Assembly (NCBI GenBank): GCA_002269645.1
Contig: NIVC01000069.1
Location: 124,001-188,000, forward strand
DNA length: 64,000 nucleotides
Reading direction: 5' to 3'
Source of the DNA: Macrostomum lignano
Lineage: Eukaryota
In this document: piece by piece, positions 1 to 12,878 of the stretch
How the letters are laid out: every line of letters begins with the position of its first letter
Position numbering within the stretch: the stretch's first letter is position 1
Translations under genes and position numbers: made by a program
Notes under the pieces: generated by a model
Databases searched by the model: none
Seen by the model: the letters and a program-made list of their open reading frames with translations, nothing else
Told to the model about the DNA's origin: nothing

Positions 1-1
1 G

Positions 2-100
2 CCGCCGGCTCCTAGCGCTAATGGGTCGTTTGGCAGCATCCTCTGTTTAGTGGCGATTGCTGGAGTGCTGCTGGCAGTGCTTGTTCTGCTGTGGCGTTGA
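2..100 (+). CDS. 3' end of an upstream gene, probable C-terminally (tail-) anchored membrane protein (partial)
   Basis: Frame 2 reads PPAPSANGSFGSILCLVAIAGVLLAVLVLLWR*: a ~19-residue hydrophobic segment followed by WR and TGA (98-100), in GC-rich coding-like sequence. AATAAA at 772-777. Too short for the ORF track; identity unknown. Confidence 0.55.
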   Translation, partial: PPAPSANGSFGSILCLVAIAGVLLAVLVLLWR

Positions 101-133
101 CTGCTGCTAGAATGATGCTGAGAGTGCTAAGCA

Positions 134-615
134 GGGGTGAGATTTAGGGTGAGATGAGCTGAGATACTGTCTCATGCAGTGAGTTGTAGGTTGAGATTAA
201 CAGATACTGTCTTATGGGGTGAGATTTGGATTGACATAAATAGAAATACTGTCTCATAGGGTGAGATCTAGGATGAGATGAACGGAGATACTGTCTCATT
301 GTGGTGAGATCTAGGGTGAGATGAACGGAGATACTGTCTCATTGGGGTGAGATCTAGGGTGAGATGAACGGAGATACTGTCTCATTGGGGTGAGGTCTAG
401 GGTGAGATGAACGGATATATTCGAATACTGTCTCATGCGGTGAGTTTAAGGGTGAGATGAACAGGGATACTGTTTTATAGGGGTGAGATCTAGGGTGAGA
501 TGAAGGGAAGTACTAATCCAGGGGGAGATCTATGGTGAGATGAACAGAGATACTGTCTCATGGGATGAGATCTAGGGTGAGATGAACAGAGATGCTCTGT
601 CATGCGGTGAGATTT
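134..615. repeat. Minisatellite, 43-bp unit GGGGTGAGATCTAGGGTGAGATGAACGGAGATACTGTCTCATT, ~11 degenerate copies
   Basis: Period read directly (units start at 301 and 344). Confidence 0.9.
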
Positions 616-1189
616 CGGAATCTAGATTTTCGCATCAATGAAAAGTCAAATTCTTACACTTTGATTTCCGAAACGATTTTATCAATTCATACATAAGACA
701 TAAAGTTTTGACACATGCGCTTATCATGCAGTTTAGAGAGAGATTTTTAGTATATGGGATATGTAGCATATAATAAATACATGATTTATTGATTATAATA
801 GTTTTCAAATTTGTTCAATGTCCGGTGTGTTCCTGAGAGCTTTTAATTAGTTTGTTATATAATTATTGTTTCATAGGTGCTTTAAAATTATGATTGAAAT
901 CTGCCAGCATCCTACGATTAAATTAAACTATTTGTTAAGAAATCCAATTAGATTTATCATTAATAGATTGTCAATTTTATTTTGTTTTCTTTCATGGTCT
1001 TAAATTGAATATAATTTAATATATATTCATTTAATAATATAATATAGTGAATATAATATTTGTGTTATTAGCAAATTTAATTATATTGCACACCCAACAG
1101 TCCTACATGCAAGACATACAGTAGTCTTCAGACTTTTCTCTTGACTCTTGTCCGTCCTATTCATACTATCTTGTTTCTCAGTCTTACTG

Positions 1190-2301
1190 CTACTGTCTCA
1201 TCTCACTCTATCACTCTCCTCATATCCCTCACTGTCTCCTCTCCTCGCCTCACCTCTCCTTTTCTCTGATCTCCCCTCTCACAGTGTCTCCTCTCCCATC
1301 TCACTCTCTCATTGTCTCTTCTCTCATCTCTCCCTCTCACTGTCTCTCTTCTCCCATCTCCCTCTCTCTGCCCCTTCCATCTCCCCCTCTCACTGTCTCG
1401 CATCTCCCTCTCACACTGTCTCTTCTCTCATCACTCCCTCTCACCGTCCCATCTCCCTTTCTCACTATCTCCCTCTCTCACTATCTCTCCCTATCACTGT
1501 TCTTCTCTCCCATCTCCCTTTCTCACTGTCTCTCCTCTCCCATCTCCCTTTCTCACTGTCTCTCCTCTCCCATCTCACTTTCTCACTGTCTCTTCTCCCA
1601 TCTCCCTCTCTCACTGTCTCTCGTCTCCCATCTCCCTTTCTCACTGTCTCTCCTCTCCCATCTCCCTCTCTCACTGTCTCTCCTCTCCCATCTCCCTTTC
1701 TCACTGTCTCTTCTCTCATCTCTCCCTCTCACTGTCTCTCGTCTCCCATCTCCCTTTCTCACTGTCTCTCCTCTCCCATCTCCCTCTCTCACTGTCTCTC
1801 CTCTCCCATCTCCCTTTCTCACTGTCTCTTCTCTCATCTCTCCCTCTCACTGTCTCTCGTCTCCCATCTCCCTTTCTCACTGTCTCTCCTCTCCCATCTC
1901 CCTTTCTCACTGTCTCTTCTCTCATCTCTCCCTCTCACTGTCTCTCGTCTCCCATCTCCCTTTCTCACTGTCTCTCCTCTCCCATCTCCCTCTCTCACTG
2001 TCTCTTCTCTCATCTCTCCCTCTCACTGTCTCTCGTCTCCCATCTCCCTTTCTCACTGTCTCTCCTCTCCCATCTCCCTCTCTCACTGTTTCTCCTCTCC
2101 CATCTCCCTCTCTCACTGTCTCTTCTCTCATCTCTCCCTCTCACTGTCTCTCGTCTCCCATCTCCCTTTCTCACTGTCTCTCCTCTCCCATCTCCCTCTC
2201 TCACTGTCTCTCCTCTCCCATCTCCGTCTCTCACTGTCTCTCCTCTCCCATCTCCCTCTCTCACTGTCTCTCCTCTCCCATCTCCCTCTCTCACTGTCTC
2301 C
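1190..2301. repeat. CT-rich minisatellite, 30-bp unit CACTGTCTCTCCTCTCCCATCTCCCTCTCT
   Basis: CACTG recurs at 2232, 2262, 2292; source of the S/L/P-rich pseudo-ORFs at 1148-2317. Confidence 0.95.
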
Positions 2302-2446
2302 TGTAAGTCAGTTTTAATGCAATGTTCAGCAACAAAAATCCGAAAATTAATGCATGCAGAAAAGCAGGCCACCGTTTTGTGGATTACCTATTCGTCTAAA
2401 AGTTTGACTCCATCTTCTGAGAAACTCAGCAAACAAAAAAAGCAAC

Positions 2447-5400
2447 ATGGCTCATCGCGCGCCTCTGCTGCTGTCACTGACTCTCATGATTGCCAATGTG
2501 GTGGTTGCCCTGGAAACGGCACCAACAAAATCGCCCACCACTGTTGCGGCTACTGCTGGCGCTACAGCCCAGCCGACAAGCGGGCCAAGCGCCGACGGAT
2601 TTCGCGGCCGAGTTGCCGTCGCCTGCTCCGACGGGCACCGACGCGCCGCCTTGGCCTGGTCGGAGAGCGCCGGAGAATGGCGCCAGATCCCCGGCGCCAA
2701 CAGCTGTCCGGCGTCGGAAAGCGACGCTGACGCCATCCGTGATCTGTGCCGGCGCGCCTACCCTGGTCAGCGGATCGTGAACGTGGAGCCGGCTGTGGAG
2801 CACGAAGCATTCCCCAACTGGTGCCCGCTTGACAACTCGCATCGGCGTAAGGCTGGCCAACCCTGTCCGATTCTGAATGTCCGCCCGTTCGAGTGCCTGT
2901 CCGGCCCGTTCCAGAGCCCCTCGCTGCTGGTTCCGCGCGGCTGCGAGTTCAAGCACAACTCTAGCGACACCGAGAACTGCCAGCAATACGCCTATTGGCG
3001 TACAGTTGCTAAGGACTATTGCGCCAATATCAAGCTGCCTGGAAAATGGCATTTGGATCGGTACGCACCGCTGCGACCCTGCAATCGGATGCTGAGCGCT
3101 GGCTACTTTGCCGCCGTGGAGTTTGTCTGCTGCCCTGAGGTAAAATTAGACTCAAAACGAGTTTGTTTTTTTAGATTTTGTACAAAAACTCTACACACAG
3201 CGGCTGTCGGAGTTTCTTGGATTCGCATCTATGAATTCCTTACCCCAATGTACACTCACTGCTAGCCTAGAATTCCTTACCCCAATGTACACTCACTGCT
3301 AGCCTAGAATTCCTTACCCCACTGTACACTCACTGCTAGCCTAGAATTCCTTACCCCAATGTACACTCACTGCTAGCCTAGAATTCCTTACCCCAATGTA
3401 CACTCACTGCTAGCCTAGAATTCCTTACCCCACTGTACACTCACTGCTAGCCTAGAATTCCTTACCCCACTGTACACTCACTGCTAGCCTAGAATTCCTT
3501 ACCCCACTGTACACTCACTGCTAGCCGTTAATTCCTTACCCCAATGTACACTCACTGCTAGCCTAGAATTCCTTACCCCAATGTACACTCACTGCTAGCC
3601 TAGAATTCCTTACCCCAATGTACACTTACTGCTAGCCTAGAATTCCTTACCCCACTGTACACTCACTGCTAGCCTAGAATTCCTTACCCCAATTTACACT
3701 CCTTCCTACCCTAATAAGCACCCCACCCCACCCCCGGCAGCCCGTCATCGAGGTCAGCCCGGCTAAGGTGGATCCGCCGCGCAAAGTTGCCGAGAAAAAA
3801 GCCATCGACAAGGGCATTGCCAACGCCAAAGCGGCTGCCTACGCCGCCGCCAAGGCCATAAATTCGAAGCCCATGGAACTGCAGTCGCCGTCCGATCTGC
3901 TCGGCCTTGGCAAAGACGCCGATGAAGCTCGCTACCAGCGCTACCTGACCGTGCCGACCGAGTCCGGACACTCCGAGCACGAGCGATTCCTGGGCGCTAA
4001 ACGCGGCCTTCGGCATCATCAGGTGGGTCAAAGAGAAGACTGCGTGACAGGAAGGTCAAATGTCCGAAAGATCAGCTGTCAAGACAGGGAGATTAGAGAG
4101 GACAAGACAAGGAGGTCAAAGGGGTCAAGACAGGGAGGTCAAAGGGATCAAGACTGGGAGGTCAAAGGGGTCAAGACAGGGAGGTCAAAGAGGTCAAGAC
4201 AGGGAGGTCAATGGTCAAAGGGGTCAAGACAGAGAGGTCAAAGGGGTCAAGACAGGGAGGTCAAAGAGGTCAAGACAGGGAGGTCAATGGTCAAAGGGGT
4301 CAAGACAGAGAGGTCAAAGGGGTCAAGACAGTGAGGTCAAAGAGGTCAAGACACGAAGGTCAAAGGGAACAAGACGGGGAGGTCAAAGGGGTCAAGACAT
4401 GGAGGTCAAAGGGTCAAGACAGGGAGGTCAAAGGGTCAAGACAGGGAGGTCAAAGGGGTCAAGACGGAGGTCAAAGGGATCAAGACAGGGAGGTCAAAGG
4501 GTCAAGACAGGGAGGTCAAAGGGGTCAAGACGGAGGTCAAAGGGATCAAGACAGGGAGGTCAAATAGTCAAGACAGGGAGGTCAATGGTCAAAGAGGTCA
4601 AGACAGGGAGGTCAAAGAGGTCAAGACAGGGAGGTCAATGGTCAAAGGGGTCAAAACGGAAAGGTCAAAGCAGGCCACGCAAGACGAAGAAACAAATCCA
4701 GAATCCGTAAGTCATCCAGATCGATCTCAGTTGATGTCGATGTCAATTCTTTTAAAATTCGCAGGCGATTCGCGAGAGTGCCATGGTCAAGGAGCTGCAG
4801 GAGGCCGAGTCTCGTATCCTTCGCCTGTCGCCTCGCGACCCGGAGAGCGCCCAGCGACTCCTAGACGAAGTTGAGAAACAGTTCCGACGCTCGTTTCTGT
4901 CTGTGCAACGCGAGGAGGAGGCTGAGCACGACCAGCTTGACTCGGTGCACCAGCAGCGGGTCAACCTGCTGTTTGTTGGCAAGCTGAACCACGTGAAACG
5001 ATTGCTAGCTGAATCGATTTCTGAGAAGAATGCCAAATCGGCTAAGAGATATTTCGCTCGGCTTGCCGCTCTCATTACTAAAGAGGTTTGACTTACTGTT
5101 AATCATGTACACGTACGCTGAGAGTGGCGTTTCTAAGGCACTAAACTGTCTCAAGTCTTGGCATCTCAGCACCATTCCCCTTCCCTTATCTTTTAGATGG
5201 TAGATTAGGGAGGTTGAGATGGTAGATTAGGGAGGTTGAGATGGTAGATTAGTGAGGTTGAGATGGTAGATTAGGGAGGTTGAGATGGTAGATTAGGGAG
5301 GTTGAGATGGTAGATTAGGGAGGTTGAGATGGTAGATTAGGGAGGCTGAGATGGTAGATTAGGGAGTCTGAGATGGTAGATTAGGGAGGTTGAGATGGTA

Positions 5401-8400
5401 GATTAGGAAGGTTGAGATGGTAGATTAGGGAGGCTGAGATAGTAGATTAGGGAGGCTGAGATGGTAGATTAGGGAGGTTGAGATGGTAGACTGAGTGTAG
5501 ATTGAGATGGTAGACTCAGTGTAGATTGAGATGGTAGATTAGGGAGTCTGAGATGGTAGATTAGGGAGTCTGAGATGGTAGATTAGGGAGGTTGAGATGG
5601 TAGATTAGGAAGGTTGAGATGGTAGATTAGGGAGGCTGAGATAGTAGATTAGGGAGGCTGAGATGGTAGATTAGGGAGGCTGAGATGGTAGATTAGAGAG
5701 GTTGAGATGGTAGATTAGGGAGGTTGAGATGGTAGATTAGTGAGATTGAGATGGTAGATTAGGGAGGTTGAGATGGTAGATTAGGGAGGTTGAGATGGTA
5801 GATTAGAGAGGCTGAGATGGTAGATTAGGGAGGCTGAAATGGTAGATTAGAGAGGCTGAGATGGTAGATTAGGGAGGTTGAGATGGTAGATTAGTGAGGT
5901 TGAGATGGTAGATTAGGAAGGCTGAAATGGTAGATTAGAGAGGTTGAGATGGTAGATTAATGAGGTTAAGATGGTAGATTAGGGAGGTTGAGATGGTAGA
6001 TTAGGAAGGTTGAGATGGTAGATTAGGGAGGTTGAGATGGTAGATTAGTGAGGCTGAGATAGTAGATTAGGGAGGCTGAGATGGTAGATTAGAGAGGCTG
6101 AGATGGTAGATCAGAGAGGTTGAGATGGTAGATTAGGGAGGTTGAGATGGTAGATTAGTGAGATTGAGATGGTAGATTAGGGAGGTTGAGATGGTAGATT
6201 AGGGAGGTTGAGATGGTAGATTAGAGAGGCTGAGATGGTAGATTAGGGAGGCTGAAATGGTAGATTAGAGAGGCTGAGATGGTAGATTAGGGAGGTTGAG
6301 ATGGTAGATTAGTGAGGTTGAGATGGTAGATTAGTGAGGTTGAGATGGTAGATTAGGGAGGCTGAGATGGTAGATTAGTGAGGTTGAGATGGTAGATTAG
6401 GGCGTTTGAGATGGTAGATTAGTGAGGTTGAGATGGTAGATTAGGGCGTTTGAGATGGTAGATTAGTGAGGTTGAGATGGTAGATTAGGAAGGTTGAGAT
6501 GGTAGATTAGTGAGGTTGAGATGGTAGATTAGTGAGGTTGAGATGGTAGATTAGGGAGGTTGAGATGGTAGATTAGAGAGGCTGAGATGGTAGATTAGAG
6601 AGGTTGAGATGGTAGATTAGGGAGGTTGAGATGGTAGATTAGGGAGGCTGAGATAGTAGATTAGGGAGGCTGAGATGGTAGATTAGGGAGGCTGAGATGG
6701 TAGATTAGAGAGGTTGAGATGGTAGATTACAGAGGTTGAGATGGTAGATTAGGGAGGCTGAAATGGTAGATTAGAGAGGTTGAGATGGTAGATTACAGAG
6801 GTTGAGATGGTAGATTAGGGAGGCTGAAATGGTAGATTAGAGAGGTTGAGATGGTAGATTAATGAGGTTAAGATGGTAGATTAGGGAGGTTGAGATGGTA
6901 GATTAGGAAGGTTTAGATGGTAGATTAGTGAGGTTGAGATGGTAGATTAGTGAGGCTGAGATAGTAGATTAGGGAGGCTGAGATGGTAGATTAGAGAGGC
7001 TGAGATGGTAGATCAGAGAGGTTGAGATGGTAGATTAGGGAGGTTGAGATGGTAGATTAGTGAGATTGAGATGGTAGATTAGGGAGGTTGAGATGGTAGA
7101 TTAGGGAGGTTGAGATGGTAGATTAGAGAGGCTGAGATGGTAGATTAGGGAGGCTGAAATGGTAGATTAGAGAGGCTGAGATGGTAGATTAGGGAGGCTG
7201 AAATGGTAGATTAGAGAGGTTGAGATGGTAGATTAATGAGGTTAAGATGGTAGATTAGGGAGGTTGAGATGGTAGATTAGGAAGGTTGAGATGGTAGATT
7301 AGGGAGGTTGAGATGGTAGATTAGTGAGGCTGAGATAGTAGATTAGGGAGGCTGAGATGGTAGATTAGAGAGGCTGAGATGGTAGATCAGAGAGGTTGAG
7401 ATGGTAGATTAGGGAGGTTGAGATGGTAGATTAGTGAGATTGAGATGGTAGATTAGGGAGGTTGAGATGGTAGATTAGGGAGGTTGAGATGGTAGATTAG
7501 AGAGGCTGAGATGGTAGATTAGGGAGGCTGAAATGGTAGATTAGAGAGGCTGAGATGGTAGATTAGGGAGGTTGAGATAGTAGATTAGTGAGGTTGAGAT
7601 GGTAGATTAGTGAGGTTGAGATGGTAGATTAGGGAGGCTGAGATGGTAGATTAGTGAGGTTGAGATAGTAGATTAGGGCGTTTGAGATGGTAGATTAGTG
7701 AGGTTGAGATGGTAGATTAGGGCGTTTGAGATGGTAGATTAGTGAGGTTGAGATGGTAGATTAGGAAGGTTGAGATGGTAGATTAGTGAGGCTGAGATGG
7801 TAGATTAGTGAGGTTGAGATGGTAGATTAGGGAGGTTGAGATGGTAGATTAGGGAGGCTGAGATGGTAGATTAGTGAGGTTGAGATGGTAGATTAGGGCG
7901 TTTGAGATGGTAGATTAGTGAGGTTGAGATGGTAGATTAGGGCGTTTGAGATGGTAGATTAGTGAGGTTGAGATGGTAGATTAGGAAGGTTGAGATGGTA
8001 GATTAGTGAGGTTGAGATGGTAGATTAGTGAGGTTGAGATGGTAGATTAGGGAGGTTGAGATGGTAGATTAGAGAGGCTGAGATGGTAGATTAGAGAGGT
8101 TGAGATGGTAGATTAGGGAGGTTGAGATGGTAGATTAGGGAGGCTGAAATAGTTGATTAGAGAGGTTGAGATGGTAGATTAGTGAGGTTGAGATGGTAGA
8201 TTAGAGAGGCTGAGATGGTAGATTAGAGAGGTTGAGATGGTAGATTAGAGAGGCTGAGATGGTAGATTAGTGAGGTTGAGATGGTAGATTAGAGAGGTTG
8301 AGATGGTAGATTAGGGAGGCTGAGATGGTAGATTAGAGAGGTTGAGATGGTAGATTAGTGAGGTTGAGATGGTAGATTAGGGAGGCTGAAATGGTAGATT

Positions 8401-10395
8401 AGAGAGGTTGAGATGGTAGATTAGGGAGGCTGAGATGGTAGATTAGAGAGGTTGAGATGGTAGATTAGTGAGGTTGAGATGGTAGATTAGAGAGGCTGAG
8501 ATGGTAGATTAGAGAGGTTGAGATGGTAGATTAGTGAGGTTGAGATGGTAGATTAGAGAGGCTGAGATGGTAGATTAGAGAGGTTGAGATGGTAGATTAG
8601 AGAGGCTGAGATGGTAGATTAGAGAGGTTGAGATGGTAGATTAGTGAGGTTGAGTTGGTAGATTAGTGAGGTCGAGATGATAGATTAAGGGTGTTGAGAT
8701 GGTAGACTAGGTGTAGATTAAGATGGTAGACTCAATGGTTGACAGCGGCTCTAGATCTGGTACCCTCCCCCCGCCCCTCCAGATTGTCCGCCTGGCCAAC
8801 CGGGCCAACCGCTTGTCGCCGCGCATCGGCCACGCCCACCTGGCCACTCTGCGCCGTCACGCCGACAACCTGCGCGCCGATCTGTCGACCTCCGGTGCTG
8901 ACGCTGCTCTGCGACGCCTAGTGGACTTGTCCGTCGTGTCCGGCATTCTTGCCCGCTATGAGAACGTGCTGAAAAAGGCTGATAAACTTCTGGCTGAGGC
9001 GAAGGCTTCTTCTGATGCTGCTGCTGGGGATTCTGCCGGCTCTGCCTATCCGCCAAGGTATTGCAGTAATACGCATTTATTGCCTGCTCGCATTTATGGC
9101 TCTCCATGGCTAGGGAGGGGGGGGGGTAGAAATGTAAGGCAATAAAATTGTGCGCGTGCGTGCCCAGCTGAGCTCCAGTCATAAAATAAAGCTTTCTTTT
9201 TTTACTCGTTTTTTAATTAAGATTTCTCCGGTACATTACTTTCAGTAGGTTAGTATGGTTAAGGCGAATTTCCACAATAACAAATTTTGCTTGGACCGGA
9301 TTTTGATATGGCCAAGCCCTGCTGACCTTGCCGACAGGACAGGATTTTGCTTAGCAAAGTGTTGTCTATGGCCAAGCCCTGCTGACCTTGCCGACAGGAC
9401 AGGATTTTGCTTAGCAAAGTGTTGTCTATGGCCAAGCCCTGCTGACCTTGCCGACAGGACAGGATTTTGCTTAGCAAAGTGTTGTCTATGGCCAAGCCCC
9501 GCTGACCTCGCCGGCAGGACCGGTTTTGCTTGTTGTCTATGGTAAAAACTCTGCTTCGACCAGAAGCCTTTAGCGTTCGTAGTTCGTTCCACAGTCTAGA
9601 ATATTGTCAACAATTCTGGGGCTGATCTTGCTTCTTCGCGGCAGTTGCAAATAAAGCATTGCTTCCATTCCCACTGCTTGTGACAGCCATGTCTAAATGA
9701 AAATTTAGGGGTGAAACTTTAAAGCCGCTATGGACCAAATTGATGCTTGTTGGACCAAATTAAATGGACCAAACAGTTGGATTCTTGGAATTCTCAATTC
9801 TAGACTCGCCGAGCGTTTCGACCACCTGCTCCGTCTGTACCACGAGCAGAGCGTTCGAATTCTACAGAAGGCTAAGCAACAGCACCACCACCACCGGCAC
9901 AAGCAACAGCACCATCAGGAGCTTCTGCCGCAGGCCCATCATGACGCTGGCACCAGCACCAGCAGCATCAAAGACAGGCACCGAGGCGGTCACGTCGGTC
10001 ACGACAACGATGACGATTCCTTCCACCTGCCGCCTGTCAAATCAGCTGGCGTCACTTCGCCAGAGACTGACTACTCTCAAAAATCCGTAGTCTTTGTTGT
10101 GATCTTCTGCGTGCTGGCCTTCCTGCTCACTCTAGTAGTGATCTTTGTCACTGTACGAATCTGCCGCATGGTGTACGGCGCTAACTCGCCCGCTGGCAAA
10201 GGCTACAAGCTGTCCCTGGTTGATGAGGAAGAGAAACCAGCAGCCCAGTGCGGCAATACTGCCATGTGCTGCGATGCGCCTTACAATTATCCAACTGTGC
10301 ACCCGGAGAAGGCCTGTCTGGGCGACCCGCACCTGGCTAACATGCAGATGAACGGATACGAGAATCCCACCTACAAGTTCTATGAAGAGAAGTAA
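2447..10395 (+). CDS. APP: Amyloid precursor protein family member (APP/APPL/APL-1-like), 720 aa; exons 2447-3139, 3741-4022, 4765-5085, 8783-9057, 9804-10395
   Basis: Signal peptide MAHRAPLLLSLTLMIANVVVA; E1 motifs (VAVAC, WCPL, PFECLSGPFQSPSLLVPRGCEFKH, WRTVAKDYC, FAAVEFVCCP); E2 start (EHERFLGAKRGLRHHQAIRESAMVKELQEAE); TM VVFVVIFCVLAFLLTLVVIFVTV; tail NGYENPTYKFYEE. All junctions GT-AG with matching phases (0,0,0,2); total 2163 nt = 721 codons. Confidence 0.93.
3231..3705. repeat. Minisatellite in APP intron 1, 37-bp unit CCTAGAATTCCTTACCCCAATGTACACTCACTGCTAG, ~13 copies
   Basis: Direct reading; near-perfect copies. Confidence 0.95.
4060..4670. repeat. Minisatellite in APP intron 2, ~24-bp unit GGTCAAGACAGGGAGGTCAAAGG(G)
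   Basis: Direct reading; degenerate copies. Confidence 0.9.
5195..8720. repeat. Satellite in APP intron 3, 22-bp unit GAGATGGTAGATTAGGGAGGTT, ~160 copies
   Basis: GGTAGATTAG recurs at 5221 and 5243; fills almost the whole intron. Confidence 0.97.
9307..9545. repeat. Tandem repeat in APP intron 4, 60-bp unit, ~4 copies
   Basis: TATGGCCAAGCCC recurs at 9307, 9367, 9427, 9487. Confidence 0.92.
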
Positions 10396-10845
10396 CGCTA
10401 CGGATTAATTGATAATAGACAAAGGAGTCTGTGTTGATGAAGAGAAACGACGATAAGAAACTATTCCTCGTGTGTTTTTTGAACGTTTTATTATTACTGT
10501 GTTAATTTTAACTCATGTTTTATTGTTCCATCGCTGTTTAGCTGTTGTGTCGCTATAGCTTGGGGGTTTTTTCGAGCCCGCATAACAACAGCTTCTTTTT
10601 TTGTTTTCTGAGTATCGTTTTAACGATATTTTTCTGTGTATCAGCTTTTGATTTTATTTTAACGAAGCAGTTGGGTCCATTGATTATAGAATTTGCGACA
10701 TTTTGTGTCACGATCTTGTTTTTGTTATCATTTCATCTCTTCGTCTTTTATTACAAATATCAATTTAAATGGACCATATCGGCGGTTTGCGTTTTTATTT
10801 TAATTACAAGCAGTTTAGGATAGCTTGATTGAAGGGAGTGAGGGG

Positions 10846-11053
10846 TATACTGCGGCGTGAGGTGGTTGAGCGACTGGGGGTAGAAATCGCGTACACTGCG
10901 GCGTGAGGTGGGTGAGGGATAGAGGGGCAAAAATCGCGTGCACTGCGGCGTGAGGTGGGTGAGGGATAGAGGGGTAGAAATCGCGTACACTGCGGCGTGA
11001 GGTGGGTGAGGGATAGAGGGGTAGAAATCGCGTACACTGCAGCGCGAGGTGGG
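10846..11053. repeat. Tandem repeat, 47-bp unit TACACTGCGGCGTGAGGTGGGTGAGGGATAGAGGGGTAGAAATCGCG, ~4.5 copies
   Basis: TACAC recurs at 10986 and 11033. Confidence 0.9.
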
Positions 11054-12039
11054 TAGCTGTAACCGCGGAAAGTTAATTTAAACCACTGTTTAAACGTCCT
11101 CGCAGTTTTTTATTGCCCCTGCAATGCGCTTTGTACATTCTTTATATTTTACCAACTTCTAAATTTCATTTTTATAAGCTAACATCTAACAATAATTATC
11201 GCTTGATGATATTTTTTGATGCGTATATTCCTACTAAAGTATATATCCTACTGTTAGTAGCTATTAGTTTAGATATTACAGTATCTATCACCACACAATT
11301 CCACCTGAAATAGAGCGCGCGATTTTGCTTCTTCTGTTTGTTTCTCCTAATTACATGATAAGTTTTTCTGTTTGTGTAAACTAAATAAAAATATCTTGAT
11401 TTTTTAAGCACACAACTTTTAATATCAGCAATTTTTGTCGCTTTTTATATAAACCTATTCGTCATATCACCTTTCGCTTGCTAAATCGTACTACTGAGCA
11501 CTCAAAATGAGTAGTTTCACCAAGTTGTTAATTTTTAATTCATTGAAAAATAAGTAAATTTGTTTTCGTTTGTTCTTTTCATAACGCGGCCGTATTTACC
11601 TCAAACAAGTACAACCTGCACTTTATTGATTCAAATATTTATAATTAACTTTACTGCAAGCTGTAGTGACTCTTATTATATTTAACAGTTAAAGCAAACT
11701 GGAAGCATCTTGAAGAATTTTTTTCTTTTTGAAACACCATTTTTTAAAAAATTAAAAGTAAATTTTTGAAATTTTTATTACCGTTCATCACTACTATTGC
11801 TATATAATTTGAAATATACCTTATATCGCTGTGTTTATTACGTCTTCATTTTATGTCCATTTTTCAGTCTGCTTCTTTAAACTTTTAAAAGTCTAGAGGT
11901 ACAAGTGTAGATTCAGCGCATATTCTGAGGTAGATTCAAGCAGAATATAAATTAGATTCCACGGCAGATTTTAGAGAGATTCTGGAGTAGATTCTACTGC
12001 ATATTCAAGTCGATTCTGGGAAGATTTTGAGCTAGATTC

Positions 12040-12682
12040 TATGATCATTTTGAGGTGGGTTCTATGGGAATTTTCTGGTGGATTCTATGGACGTTTTGAG
12101 GTGGATTCTATGGACATTTTGAGGTGAATTCTATAGACATTTTAGGTGGATTCTATAGATATTTTGAGGTAAGGTATATGGAGATTTTCAGGTGGATTAT
12201 ATAAACATTTTGAGGTAGATTCTATGGGAATTTTGAGGTGAATTCTATGGACATTTTGAGATGGATTCTATGGACGTTTTGAGGTGGATTCAATGGACAT
12301 TTTGAGGTGGATTCTATAGACATCTTAGGTGGATTCTATAGATATTTTGAGGTAAGGTATATAGAGATTTTCAGGTGGATTATATAAACATTTTGAGGTA
12401 GATTCTATGGACATTTTGAGGTGAATTCTATGGACATTTTGAGATGGATTCTATGGACGTTTTGAGGTGGATTCAATGGACATTTTGAGGTGGATTCTAT
12501 AGACATTTTAGGTGGATTCTATAGATATTTTGAGGTAAGGTATATGGAGATTTTCAGGTGGATTATATAAACATTTTGAGGTAGATTCTATGGACATTTT
12601 GAGGTGGATTCAATGGACATTTTGAGGTGGATTCAATGGACATTTTGAGATGGATTCTATAGACATTTTTAGGTGGATTCTA
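12040..12682. repeat. Minisatellite, ~23-bp unit GATTCTATGGACATTTTGAGGTG with a 183-bp higher-order period
   Basis: Variant GATTTTCAGG recurs at 12183, 12366, 12549. Confidence 0.88.
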
Positions 12683-12878
12683 TCAAAGCTACTTTTATTA
12701 ACATCCAATGCATGACTTCAGAATCCTGCTTAATAACAGTCGGATCATAAAATATATCAAAGCCAGCATTCTGAATGTTCAAGAGTGCAAAGAGATTGAA
12801 AGCGTCAGGGTGACCAGCTGCACAGGTGTGTGTGTGCCTTTAGCAACTAGATAATATAGAGTTGTCAGTCTCGGCACC

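Noticed and set aside
1148-2730. S/L/P-rich ORFs upstream of and overlapping APP
   Set aside because: Derived from the 30-bp CT minisatellite; the real gene starts at ATG 2447 with a signal peptide.
2452-3052. Antisense and alternate-frame ORFs over GC-rich exons (also 14454-14854, 20543-20919, 44879-45886)
   Set aside because: Shadow ORFs of GC-rich coding sequence with no recognisable motifs.
9307-11053. 60-bp and 47-bp repeats as possible CRISPR arrays
   Set aside because: Head-to-tail copies without unique spacers, no cas genes, eukaryotic context.
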